NCBI RefSeq assembly: GCF_006345805.1
Contig: NC_042997.1
Location: 119,784,001 to 119,848,000, forward strand
From: Octopus sinensis
Taxonomy: Eukaryota
Direction of reading: 5' to 3'
DNA: 64,000 nt
The position numbers were made by a program, and so were the translations under genes. The notes beneath the pieces are model-generated. The model saw nothing but the letters and a program-made list of their open reading frames with translations. It did no database searches and was not told the origin of the DNA. Of the stretch, positions 38,675 to 50,860 are shown one piece after another (position 1 is the stretch's first letter; each line of letters opens with the position of its first letter).

Positions 38675-38860
38675 TAAAAACAAAAGACGAAGACAGGTGG
38701 TGTAGAAAACAAACAGATGTATTAGTATAACGCTCGGGAATTGAAAACGTCTTTTACGTTTCGAGCATACGCTCTTCCACAGAAAGGAACACACAAAGAA
38801 ACAAGGACTGAAACAAGTAGAGAAATAAAATGTGCGTATTGGCTACCGATCTATCATTAT
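38675..38860 (-). mobile_element. HHR-bearing repeat family I, best-preserved copy
   Basis: HHR 38751-38786: CTTT-CTGTGGA-A-GAGC gtat GCTC-GAAA-CG-TA-AAAG. Confidence 0.8.
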
Positions 38861-39289
38861 GAAATAAATATATGTGTGTGTGTGTACGTGTGCGTATGCG
38901 TGTGTATGCGTGAGTCTGTGTGTGTACACGTTCCATTTAATATTTGTTTGTCTTGAAGTAGTGTTGCTGCTTTCATTTTGAATAGCTTGCTTTTAAATTT
39001 CTTATGACTTTAGAGTGCAATACGTCTTTAGCTATATACGTGTGTTATATTTTCTTCTTCTACCGAATCTGCTTAAGCTGTTCCTATTCCACAATTTTGT
39101 TTTCGTTCACTTAACGTTTTAACAGATTTTATCACATCAGAAAGACGGAAACCTGTCGTCATTAATCTCTTAAGAAGATTTAGCATGGCTTCTGTTGTAC
39201 ATGCCAACCTTCTGACATAATGCTGCCTCTCCTCTCATATTTCACGAAGTGTGCTTTCATGACATTCTGAAACATAATCATATATGTAC

Positions 39290-39403
39290 CAATACATTTA
39301 AAGAAATAATCATATATCTTTTTAACTCGTTTTCTTTTGGAGAAACTTAAGCTTTGTAATAGCTCCAAATAACTGGCATTATTCAAATCATCCATTGAGC
39401 ATT
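39290..39403 (-). CDS. Candidate 114-nt host exon (phase 1-1)
   Basis: Acceptor CGTCTCTCTCCAG|, open frame CSMDDLNNASYLELLQSLSFSKRKRVKKIYDYFFKCI, weak donor G|GTACAT; product not recognised. Confidence 0.2.
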
Positions 39404-39489
39404 CTGGAGAGAGACGCCTTTAATCTTCAGGGCGATACGTTTTGCCACATACTATGTACATTCATAAGCACACACACATCACAGTATCA

Positions 39490-40575
39490 TAAAACTGAAT
39501 AGGCCATCTAATGCCGTTACACACTGCTGGTCACAATGCGGTTACAATTTTGTCATGATTGCGCCATTCTCTTCCATACTGACTCAAACTTCTTGACAAG
39601 AACTTCTCCCCATCCTAGTGAAGGCCTTCAAAATAGTTTTTCCTATCTCTTGGATAGCCCTCGGCGACTACAAATGCTGCGACATGTCCTCCTTAGGGAA
39701 CATTTGATACTCTTCGATCACATCGTTCACTCATTTCCGTTCTTGAATTAACTTGCTTCAAACGTGCTCGCTTAGTGATATTCTTAGCATGGATCTTTCC
39801 ACGGCCCGTTGCGTCGTAGCCAATTGATAATCTATCTTCTTCAGAGTAACCCACGTTTCCCCGACGTAATAAGAGTGAACGTAGGATAGCTTTTTTATAG
39901 AATCTGACACGTATGGAATTGTATAGATTTGTGTGGAGCCCGTCTTTTATCGAGTTAAATGCCTCCCATTCTATTTAAGATTCCAGCATCCATATCTCGG
40001 CGCATATTTACTGAGTGGCTGAAGTACAACTTTCCACCTCGATGTCATCGCTTACCAGCTGAGAGTCTATTAAGGTTTCCATAAGAAGTATAATACAATA
40101 AATCACGTATCTTCTCTAACACCACTCATAGAACAGGCGAAGGATTACAAGATCCCTCTGATTATATCGCTTTTTTTCATTATGAAAAGGTCTTTGATAC
40201 TGTCGAAATGAAAGTATTGATATCTCTGGAAAAGCAAGGTACTGGAGCGCCATACGTTAACCTGCTTAGGGATACGAACTCTGGATGAACAATAGGTATA
40301 CCTCCGCTATCAGTATCAGTATGGTTCCCGATTGAAATGAGTGTCAAGCAAAGAGATACCATATCTTCAACACTCTTTACTGCAGGTCTATAAATGGCCA
40401 TGAAGGACATGAAGAAGACAGGCGACGTGAACAGCAAAGGCGAGCAAAGGACAAACTTCGATTTGCAGAGAGCGTTGTATTCGTCGCAAAAAAAGGCTTG
40501 ACCAGCTGCCTGCCATAGTTGCAGAGCTTTGCAGTAGGCCTTAAAAATTAACCGCATTAAAACACAGTATATGAG
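39490..40575 (-). mobile_element. RTE-clade LINE remnant with inverted 5' segment
   Basis: Minus 39490-40085 encodes the RT C-terminus (GETWVTL..ATTQRAVERSML); plus 40140-40575 encodes the upstream SVKQRDTIS..LF, NLRFA, GLKINRIKTQYM. Confidence 0.7.
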
Positions 40576-40975
40576 GCAGGAGGTTATAGCACATGCCTGA
40601 ATACATACATACGTACATGCATAAGTTCATACATACCTTCACACACACACACACACATACATACACGCATATATACATACCTTCATACATAAATGTATGT
40701 AGAGACATACATACATGCAAACATACATACATTTCATTATAGAAAATCCTAGCTAAAACATCATGTCTTATTGGTAGATAATACCGTAATGACATTTTCG
40801 GAAAACTACTTCTGATGTGGGTGATATCTTCAGCGTGAACTCCAGAAAGTCTGTATGTATGTATGTATGTATGTATGTATGTATGTATGTATGTATGTAT
40901 GTATGTATGTATGTATGTATGTATGTATGTATGTATGCATGTACATACATACATACATACATACATACATACATA

Positions 40976-41700
40976 CAGACTTTCTGGAGTTCACACTGAA
41001 GATATCACCCACATCATAAGCAGTTGTCCGAAAATGTCATTACGGTATTATCTAACAATGAGACTCTCTATAATGAAATCCGTCTGAAGGATAATCCTGA
41101 AGATAAAGAAATAAAGACCCATAATATGGTAGAAGGCATAGCCATTCATAATAAAAAAAGGAATACTCGTTGAATGTACCAATGGAAACCTCAGTAACCT
41201 GATATAAGGATTTGGGATAGAGAGGAGAAACTATACACACTTGTAGTAATTAGCTGCCCAGCGGATGTTAACCTAAAACTGGAGATCAGTGAAAATGAGA
41301 ACATCTATGCTGAACTTTTGAGAAATCTGCAGTTCAGTTTTATACCTGTAATTATTGGGGCCCTGGGATATATAACACACTGCCTAAATAAAAACCAAGA
41401 GAAATTAGGCTTCTCAAAATCAGAAAGGAGACAGAAAGACAGCAAATTCAAAGACTATAATCCAATCCATCACTGGAACAATCTGTAAAACTTTCCAGAA
41501 GTTTATAATTGAAATATATATGAGCATGTCTAGATATGCAACTATACGCATGAGAATACACACTTAAAACATACAAATCTGCACATACATAAAAAGAAAA
41601 CTACCCTGTTATTTATGTTGAAATTCCAATGAAGGAGACTTGGATCTAGGTTAGGAGGCGGTTCTTTCTCTATTGGCAAGAAAACTTGAAATAAACTGAA
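40976..41700 (+). mobile_element. R4/Dong-like LINE 3' fragment (same family as 26290-28591)
   Basis: Colinear with 27795-28591 and ends with the same GAAATAAACTGAA; an inverted partial copy lies at 40731-40853. Confidence 0.85.
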
Positions 41701-41749
41701 TAATGACATAAATGCATAAACGCAAACAATATACATACATATATTTATA

Positions 41750-41960
41750 TATATGACTACACATGGACAATTGACGATTTTCCTCATTCTAACTTTTCTT
41801 TTCGACTTTCCTATGTTAGCTGTTTCCGAAGAAGAGCTTTGCTCGAAACGAAAAACGACCACTCATTCTTTCCTTCTCTGAGAGTCGAATTAATATTTTG
41901 TATGTATCACGTACTTGCGTCGCTGTTTTTTTCTTGTTGCATCATTTTCTCTGTTTTTCA
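41750..41960 (+). mobile_element. HHR-bearing repeat family II
   Basis: HHR 41822-41856: GTTT-CCGAAGA-A-GAGC ttt GCTC-GAAA-CG-AA-AAAC (U16.1 changed to A); related to 59820-60030. Confidence 0.65.
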
Positions 41961-41963
41961 TTG

Positions 41964-42061
<98 letters not shown>

Positions 42062-42104
42062 TGTGTGTGTGTTTGTGTGTGTCTGGGGTGGGATGGGGGG
42101 CGCT

Positions 42105-42400
42105 AACGTGGCTGTATGGTAAGAAGTTTGCATCCGAACAACATGGTTCCTTTTTCAGACCCACTGTGCCACTCATTGGCTGTCTCCAACTATATAACGT
42201 CTGACCGACCAAAGTTTATGAGTACATTTGGAAAGAAAACTGAAAGACGTCAGCCGTATGTACATGTGCATGTGCGTGTATATTTGTAACTGCGTTTAAC
42301 TACTAACACTGCTTGGAAACAGTTGTTGGTGTGTTTATGCTCTTGTAATGTAGCAGTTAGGCAACAGAGACCTATAGAAGCATTACCAAACATGCATAAA
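42105..42400 (+). mobile_element. SINE family B, highly diverged
   Basis: GTGGCTGTATGGTAAGAAG head and degenerate body. Confidence 0.6.
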
Positions 42401-42487
42401 ACACTGGGAAAGGTCTGAAATCTTCAATGCGGTACCACAGCGTAGGCACAGGCTAATGACTGGAATAAAGATTTTAAAAAATGGTGT

Positions 42488-42495
42488 ATACACAA

Positions 42496-42563
<68 letters not shown>

Positions 42564-42715
42564 CATGTGACTTGTTTCGGTCTTCTTCGGTTTGCTGCCA
42601 TACTGGGGCACATCAAATATTTTCTTCCTGTTGAACCCTAAAGTTACGGCATGCGAATAAAGCAACAGCGGTTGCCAATCGCTGACATGTGTAATCCCCA
42701 ATCACGAATACACAA

Positions 42716-42753
<38 letters not shown>

Positions 42754-42960
42754 CTGTGTGTGTGTGTGTGTGGTGTGTGTGTGTGTAACATGTGACTTGT
42801 TTCGGTCTTCTTCGGTTTGCTGCCATACTGGGGCACATCAAATATTTTCTTCCTGTTGAACCCTAAAGTTACGGCATGCGAATAAAGCAACAGCGGTTGC
42901 CAATCGCTGACATGTGTAATCCCCAATCACGAATACACAAACACACACACACACACACAA
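42488..42960. repeat. Tandem duplication, ~220-225-bp period
   Basis: Two copies with identical unique sequence separated by CA/TA/TG tracts; unit starts at 42488, 42708 and 42933. Confidence 0.9.
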
Positions 42961-43910
42961 ATATAAATACTCACATGCACAGTGGAGTATCACCATCGAA
43001 CCATGTAATTAGGAAGGAAATGTTTAAACATACAGTCAATGCTGATACATTTTCTTGGATTCATAACTCCATTAATGGTTTCAGGCGACGGTATTTCTAC
43101 AGTTGTCAAGTGTCCCCTTGAAACAATTGTTATTATTGTTAATCACCCCCAAATATTTGTGCACCATATGGTGTGTTGTGCTCCTATTTACGTGGGGCAT
43201 AGTGGGTTTGTGTGGTCGCGGTGGCCTAGTGTTTGACATAATTGATTGCCAAGAAACGAATCTTGTAAGCATTCATTCTACAGAATATTAATGAGTATTA
43301 ATACAGAAGCGTCATGGAGATATTTATTGATTCCCATAAGATTTCACACGGCCAATCAGCATTCATGTCACATAATAAATAAAATAATAAAAGTCGACTT
43401 TTTCACAAAAGAGAAACTGAAATAAAAATGTTTATCGACGTAAACAGAATTATTGAGTCACCGATTTCTTTCCTGTGCCTTATTACCGAGTATCATAGAG
43501 TGACAGATGGTATGAGTGTACACAATTCTGAAGCCGTTAATCGTGCGAGTAAATAAAGAAATACACAAGAAAACTCATGCGCTACGGTATGCATGCGCAA
43601 ATATACACACATATTTATACAGTAAAAAAAACAACCCACACACAGTGGTCGAGTTACAATGACCCATCTACACATATCCACACATACATGCATACATATG
43701 CATGTCTGAGGAATGGTATTATATATATATATATATATTAATATTTGAGTAATTGAATGAATTATCTTATTAAGGATAATTCGAAAGATAATCGATACCT
43801 AGGTAGCAAATTCACATCAGAAAGAACACGATTGAAGCTTCGTCCCTAGGGCATAGACTACGTGTCTTCGTGCGGAAATTTGAATGTTTATTTTAAAATT
43901 ATAAGTATAT

Positions 43911-45747
43911 GAAAGAATGAAGTTGAACGACTAGTTAACAAATATCCTTTATAATTTACAATAATAACTTACGGACCAGGGGAGGCCAATGTAAACCTAA
44001 ACCCATTCTACTACACAGAAATATACCCTTTAATGTAAATGTCAATACTCTCAGCCATTCCAAGAACAAAAAAAAACTATATCTGGTTTGTGATTCCTTT
44101 CGGGAGACAAATCAGGTCTAATCTACCTTTACAATTCCGTGAAGCCATTACTAAGAGTTTTTCCAGGAATTCTAGATACTACTCCACTATAAATTCGCAT
44201 AAAGTAAGAATAGCATTCTCAAATACTAAAAATCTTTCGCAGATAATAGCTTCCCACAATAATAAGCTGCTAAAGAGGGTTTCTCCACCCATGAGTAGCG
44301 ACACCGCCCTTACCCATTCCAACGTAACATACATTAATAATAATAATAGAAGTAGTATGGATATTAGCAACATTCATAGCAGCATATCAGCGTTAGCAAT
44401 AGTAATAATGATAATAACATTAGCCAGATTATTAACAGTGGTGGTGTTAGTGGTAATAGTCCCAGCATTCTTAATAACAGTTATATTATTGATGATAACA
44501 ATCGCAGCATTCCTATAGCCAGGGAATTTGCCGATGATATTTCGACTAATAGTAATGATAATAAGATGAATAGTATCGTGGCCAAAGCCAGCAACAATTT
44601 TTACACCTATCACAACAATAAAAACTCTGTCTTAGTATCGGAAACCAACCCCAACAGATTAAAGTTCTTATCCAAAAATTCCAAAATTAGAAACACCACT
44701 TACCAATGCAAAATCTCTTCTGTAACCGATGTCTACTTCTATATTGGCGCAGCCTCTTCTAAATTAGCCCAAAGGATCTCCAACCATTATTCCACTTTCA
44801 GAGATAAGAGAAAGCAACACAGCACGGGGCTAAGCAAATTAGTCTGGCGTCTGAAGAACAATAACACTACGTTCAAGCTCGAATGGTCCATTTTGTCGGT
44901 GTCCTTCCCGTTTGACAAAGGCAGAAAATTTTGTAGCATCTCTAATTCCGAACTTTTTCATATTTTGTTCGCCAAAGGCCCTTTAATAAACACAATCGTC
45001 GAAAGATAAGATCCTACAGGTGTTTACACTGGAAAAGACACACATTTCACTCATATAAATAGTGACTAATATAGATAACCCCTCAATTTCTAAAAAGAAT
45101 TTTTCCTATATTTCACCCGAATAGTCAAAAAGATTTTCTTATATTCCCAATTACTACTATCCATTCTTGCGTTGCCTCTCACCTCGCCCGATTCTTTCTC
45201 CCTTTCGCTATCCACTTTCCTTTCTCTACAGTAAACATAATCGAACACACAGACAGAGATCTTTTACCTCACAGCTGTCAGTTTTCTGACACCTACCCAT
45301 CCACAAACACAATCACGCATTCAGACACACACATACACATATTAAGACATTTATATACAGTTACACACACAGGCACTCATTCACAAAAGAAATCATTTAA
45401 ACCCACCATTCTTTTGACCTGCACTCTCTCACCTTACTATTCTTATGCCTCCCTCCTTCTACTTCGTTTGAACTCTTGGACCTTTAGAAACTTCTAGATT
45501 CTTCTACATTCAGCCACTCTGACGTCACTCATTATAAAGAGACACTCATTAGCGCCATGGGCTCCTTGAGAGCGGTCAGCTAAAAGTTTTTTGTGCATTT
45601 TGATGTCGACATAAGTTCCTTGATTTTCCTGATGAGAAATTTGCATAATGTACTCCTTATTCCTTCGGAATTAGGAATATGCAGCCTTCGAAACATATGT
45701 CGAGAATAAAGGATATTTGTTAACTAGTCGTTCAACTCCATTCTTTC
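43911..45747 (+). mobile_element. 5'-truncated Penelope-like element with intact 3' hammerhead and 42-bp inverted tail
   Basis: ORF pieces 44039-44518 and 44566-45009 (GIY-YIG: TTYQCK..YFYIGAA..RISNHYSTF..STGLSKLVWRLK..EWSIL); 43911-43952 is the inverse of 45706-45747 (1 mismatch). Confidence 0.85.
45617..45713 (+). ncRNA. Type I hammerhead ribozyme, complete core
   Basis: Stem I TCCTTGATTTTC/GAGAATAAAGGA (11 of 12 paired incl. one G.U), CTGATGA 45629-35, extended stem II 45636-45689, GAAA 45690-93, palindromic stem III ACATATGT, GUC cleavage triplet ending 45701. Confidence 0.85.
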
Positions 45748-46092
45748 AATATAATATATATATAATATATATATTATATATATACATATACATACACACA
45801 CATACATCAACACATATATATATATATATATATAATATATATATACACACACAATACATACACACACACATGCACACACACCTATATGTATATATATATA
45901 TATATATAATACCATTCCTCAGTAACGTATTGTCCATTTAATTGAAAACATTCTATATGTAGCTGAAGATTGCTTACATTTTAAAACTGATGTAATACTT
46001 ACATTTTAATAAAATGAAGTAGCATGAAACGATTGTACTACAATACCTTGGATATCCTTGGCTTATTTGATTATATATATATATTATATAAT

Positions 46093-46129
<37 letters not shown>

Positions 46130-46130
<1 letters not shown>

Positions 46131-46519
46131 ATTGATCAAAATAAAAATAAAAATAAAAACATGAGGCGAAGGATTCAGCGGTGCATATGTTTCGGGCCTT
46201 TATTAGACAGATTCATAACAAATCATAATGTATGTCTGTGGCCTTCTTCAGCCGCGCACAACAGCTTCCACAAGGACATGTGTTACTCCGAAATCTTGGC
46301 TGCCGCATTATGTCGTACGGGAACGAGATTTGCATCCCCAACCAAGAATTTCGGAAGTAACACATGTCCTTGTGGAAGCTGTTGTGCGCGGCTGAAGAAG
46401 GCCACAGACATACATTATGATTTGTTATGAATCTGTCTAATAAAGGCCCGAAACATATGCACCGCTGAATCCTTCGCCTCATGTTTTTATTTTTATTTTT
46501 ATTTTTATTTTGATCAATT
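46130..46519. repeat. Near-perfect foldback (170/178-bp arms, 42-bp spacer) with an HHR-like motif on each strand
   Basis: Arms 46130-46299 and 46342-46519 differ only by two 1-nt insertions and one TAAAAA unit; plus-strand motif 46388-46465 GCGG-CTGAAGA-A-GGCC..GGCC-C-GAAA-CATATG-CA-CCGC. Confidence 0.9.
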
Positions 46520-46699
46520 TACTCCACCACCTACATCACCAAACGGTATACACAGGTGCTTATAATTATCAAGTACTCACCCCGAATTTCTACACTCAAC
46601 TATATATATATATATATATATGCATATAAATATATTTATATATGTTAAGGTAGTAAGAATACTGGATGATTATATATATATATATTTAATTATTAGGGC

Positions 46700-48360
46700 T
46701 TTCTTCTCTTATCGGATTTATGAAAAAAGTGGTTTATAGTAAGTTTGCTCCCCATTTTTATTTAAAATTGAAACTGATGCTGCTTCCGAAAGAGAGAAAG
46801 GGGAGAGAGAGAGGAATAAATTAGAAGCATGCATAGGTGAGAGAGGAGGATAGAGTGGGAGACTCTTAAGATAGAGAAGAGAAAAGAAAATAGGAGTGAT
46901 TTGGTGGTTTGCGGAGGAAGGGAAAAGACAGAAAAGAAACGTGTAAAACGGGAGGGGAGGTAAAGGAGGCGTGGCTTTTGTATCAGTGTAGTCAAACGTG
47001 CTTAACTAGGATTCAATATGGTGTTTTTTTTCATTTTTAGTGACCTTTTGGGCGGAGTGAAAATGAATTATTTTCTATTCAAGTGCTTGAGGCTTTTAAT
47101 TGGAAGGCCAGATGGTCGAGTTACAATGACCCATCTACACATTTTCTCCAGTAAGAATTAAAATTGCATTTCAAGGTTTCGTTTTCTTCAATTCTTTTGT
47201 ATTCAATAATGTAAGGGAGATTGGTTTGTATGGATGTGGAATTTTTTTTTATGAAAATTCCAGATGTTGCTTCTGATTAAGCTATGTACGGCTATTTTAT
47301 TTGAAAGGGCGATTTTAATGAAATTAGAGCTATGATTTTAAATAGAATCTAAAAGAAATGTGGGAAAGGCTTTCTCAATTATAAATATGATCTACATTTC
47401 TCTAAAATAATCATAAATATGATCTGCGTTCCTTAACTTTTCCTTATCCACATATTTGTTCTTATGAAATATTGTTCTTTCAGAAGTTTGGGTCGTTCCT
47501 TGAGCATTTATAAAAGGGGAAGATATTAAATTTTCCATTTCTACATATTTCCAAATGTTTGCTCTGAAATGTTCCGTACTTCCACCTGTCGGGTTTGATG
47601 TCTATGGATTCTTGCGCATTGGGAAAGGAAATGATTGGTTTAACCAAAATAATTCACCTTGCATTTAGGGCAAGTAGTGCAGTAGATGAGATTTTGTGTG
47701 TTCCAGTTCATATTTACATTTACGGTGAATGAGAGTCCAATCTTAAAATTTATGTGGGTTTCCCCATCTATATATTTGAAGTTATAGGTTTTGTTGCATA
47801 TTCCACATCTGCTATCGCCAAATTCTCTTCGGAGAATTCTGTTTCATTCTCTGATGTTAATTCTGCCTTTCTGGGTTATTTTTTAATGTTTTTTTTTCTG
47901 CCGTTTAGTATTTCGTAGATTGATTTCATCTATCAGGTTTCTCATTTTGAGGCACTAAAATAGTATTGGTAGGTTTCATTGTATAACATGGAAAATATTG
48001 GTTATTCCAGGGTATTAATAAATGGAATGATCGTTACATTTTTTATTTGGTGCCCTTGGCCGTGTGATGTATAATTTTATCGCTTACGAGATACCATTAT
48101 TTGTTAGTTCCATGGGGCAATTATTACTTATAGGATCTAAGTCTAATTTGGGGTATTTGAATGTGAATCATTATGCGTCTTGCCATACTCTATGAGATTT
48201 TCTTTTTGATGTATAATGTAAGAAAGAGTAGAAATTAGAATATTTGTGCGTGTCCACTTGTTTGTAAAATATATCTGCTGTGACTGTGGAGTTGTGTATT
48301 TTGATGTGAGTCTTCTTATATGGTACTTCATATAACTGTTTAGTGTCCATTTGACTCCCT
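46700..48360 (-). mobile_element. Penelope-like element remnant (RT C-terminus + GIY-YIG)
   Basis: IKIHNSTVTADIFYKQ.DTHKY RT thumb; CGIC..NLIYCTTCPKCKVNYFG.T GIY-YIG near 47650-47830. Confidence 0.75.
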
Positions 48361-48683
48361 CCCATACACAATATGTCTCTCTCTCTCATTCTCTTTGTCC
48401 TTCTATATATCTGCTTATATACGGAGATATGTTTCGTTTTTATCGCTTTATCTATTTATATCTGTGTGTTTGCCCTCTCTTACTCTTTCGCCCTCTCTCT
48501 CTCTCACAAATTTCAGAGGTCGGTGTATATATTCATTCAACCCATTTCAAATTATTTAAATTCTCCCCAATATACAGTATACACAGTATACAAAGATGCG
48601 TTCACATATATAAGACATAATAAAAATTTATAGAAATTGATAAACAAACATAAAGATACGAAGATTTACAAATATATAAGAAA

Positions 48684-48724
<41 letters not shown>

Positions 48725-50494
48725 AATATTATAAATTTTTAAACACATAAATATAAATATATAGATGTACTTGCAAGGTCCGAATGTCCGTATTAGAATC
48801 AATGAGGCGATAGATAAGAAAGTATAAGATGATTCACATATACATACATCTATATAATGGTGTATATGTATGTACACAGACCGATTTGCGTATGTGTGTG
48901 TCTATGTGTATGTAAGTATATATGTAGGTGGGTGTAAATGCATTAAGTAATATTACTTTCATAATATATTAGAAGTATCGTCTTGAGATTTCTAAAGCAT
49001 TACTTTTTTACAAGCCATTACAATGCAGTTTGCAAAATACATTTTTAATTTCCGTTATTTCATTTCAACAAAATAGATCTATTCGCAAAGCTGTTATAAA
49101 GAAAAATAGAATTGTGAAAGGTTTGAAACTTGAAATTCGGTCATGTGCCATATATCTGATCAGAGGAGAAAAAAACTTTTCTTCTTTATCCGGATGATCT
49201 ACATAAAATTCCCATACCTGGCACGGAATACCATATTTTTTTAACAATAATTGTTGAATCATCATGTATAACCTATATATGTTTACGTTACTGATAAATA
49301 ACTATTCAGATCATTCGCTTAGAAAAAATAGCAGATTCTCTGATATTTCGTTGGAGAGGAACACCTGTAACACGAACACATAATGATGTATTAGCTGGAA
49401 TTCTGTGCAGGCAATAACTTTCATACATTCAGATGGACATATATATATATACCACACTCTGCTGTTGATACATCCACATAATCTGATGCAAATCACTGTA
49501 ATATATGCGTGTTAAAACTAAAATACACAGAAAATAATTTTTTACTGGAAGACAATATTTCTCATTGACATCCATTCACAATATAAAATTTAACGTGCAT
49601 AGTGGTTAAAAAGAAAAATAACCTTTCCTACCTGAATATCATACGGCTTTCGGTATACGCCTATATGAATACCTACAAATGGGTAAAATATTCTGGTATC
49701 CATGATGTAAATGAATAGGGAATTCGAAGTTGTAAACGTATGGAAGAAATATGTTTTACCGCTAATCTATCTTGCATTTGTTTTATTATGCGCCCCACCA
49801 TTGTGATTCATAGATTATCAGAAGCAAGATAAAGTTACGTTATACTCTAATCTTAACTCTTCAGTTTTTGATAGCCTAAGACTCAGTGGAGGATCTGCTC
49901 TCAGTAATGTTTGGTTCTTTGAGTGTTAATTCTCAGTTGTTTATAAATATTCGTGTGTTTGTGTGTGTATGTCTTGATTTGATTATCCACCAAGAACACA
50001 AAACATACACGTGTTCGTGTTGGGTCACCTTATTTATTTGTTTCATTACGGTTGAATCAGTTTTGAATATAATATTAATGATATTAATGTATATATGAAT
50101 TGGTTCAGTAAATACGTAATGTTATTTAAACTACAATTCGCTGTGTAAAACAAAAGTATATTGGTGTTTGTGTGAGTGTGTCTCTACGTATGTGCAGGCG
50201 TATGCATTGGTGCGTGTGTGTGTGTGTCTATGTGTTATTTTCCCTTACAATATTTATCTTGACTTCGATCCAATACTCTTGTCCCACAACTTTATTATTC
50301 TGTATATAATTATTAATTCTGTATATAATTATTAACCTTCGTCAGTTTACGTTCATGAATATTTCGATTAAGTATTCTTTGATATTCAGTTTAGCAAGTA
50401 ATGGTATGCATACAGGTTGCTGATGATTTATAATTATACTTAAATTCATACAAATTTATCCCCTGTGGTTGTTGAAGAAGTAACTAAATAATCA

Positions 50495-50860
50495 TTTCTA
50501 ATTTTTGGCACGAGTTTATCAATTTTGTGCGGCAGAGGCCGAGTCTGTTACATTGAACCCAACAAAGAACTTGCACACTTTTTAACCACCCTGAACGGAT
50601 AAAAGGGGAAGTGGACCTAAGGAGCACTCCCACCGTCGCGCTAACGATTCTGCCAGAAATAAACACCTAATATTATTACATCTTTAGCTGGCTGAATGGT
50701 TACACACGGAGCAAACTATTATGGAGCATTTTTTCCGGTTTCACTTTCTAAGTTCAAATGCCACCTGATTTGACATTGCTTTTGTTCATTTCGAGGTTGA
50801 TAAGGTATACTCCACTTGAGCATTGGGGTCGATGTAATCGACTTTTCACCTTCACCGAAT
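50495..50860. mobile_element. Two diverged family A-like SINEs, head to head
   Basis: Minus copy about 50495-50656 (CTGGCAGAATCGTTAGC head) and plus copy about 50686-50860. Confidence 0.55.

Noticed and set aside
42488-42960. CRISPR-like or retrozyme-like tandem array
   Set aside because: Units are identical with no spacers. CCGAAGA-AGACC-GAAAC-AAG-TC on the minus strand lacks stem I and stem II and resembles a SINE tail.
48420-48445. Minus-strand CGAAACATATCTC resembling an HHR 3' half
   Set aside because: No upstream core or stems.
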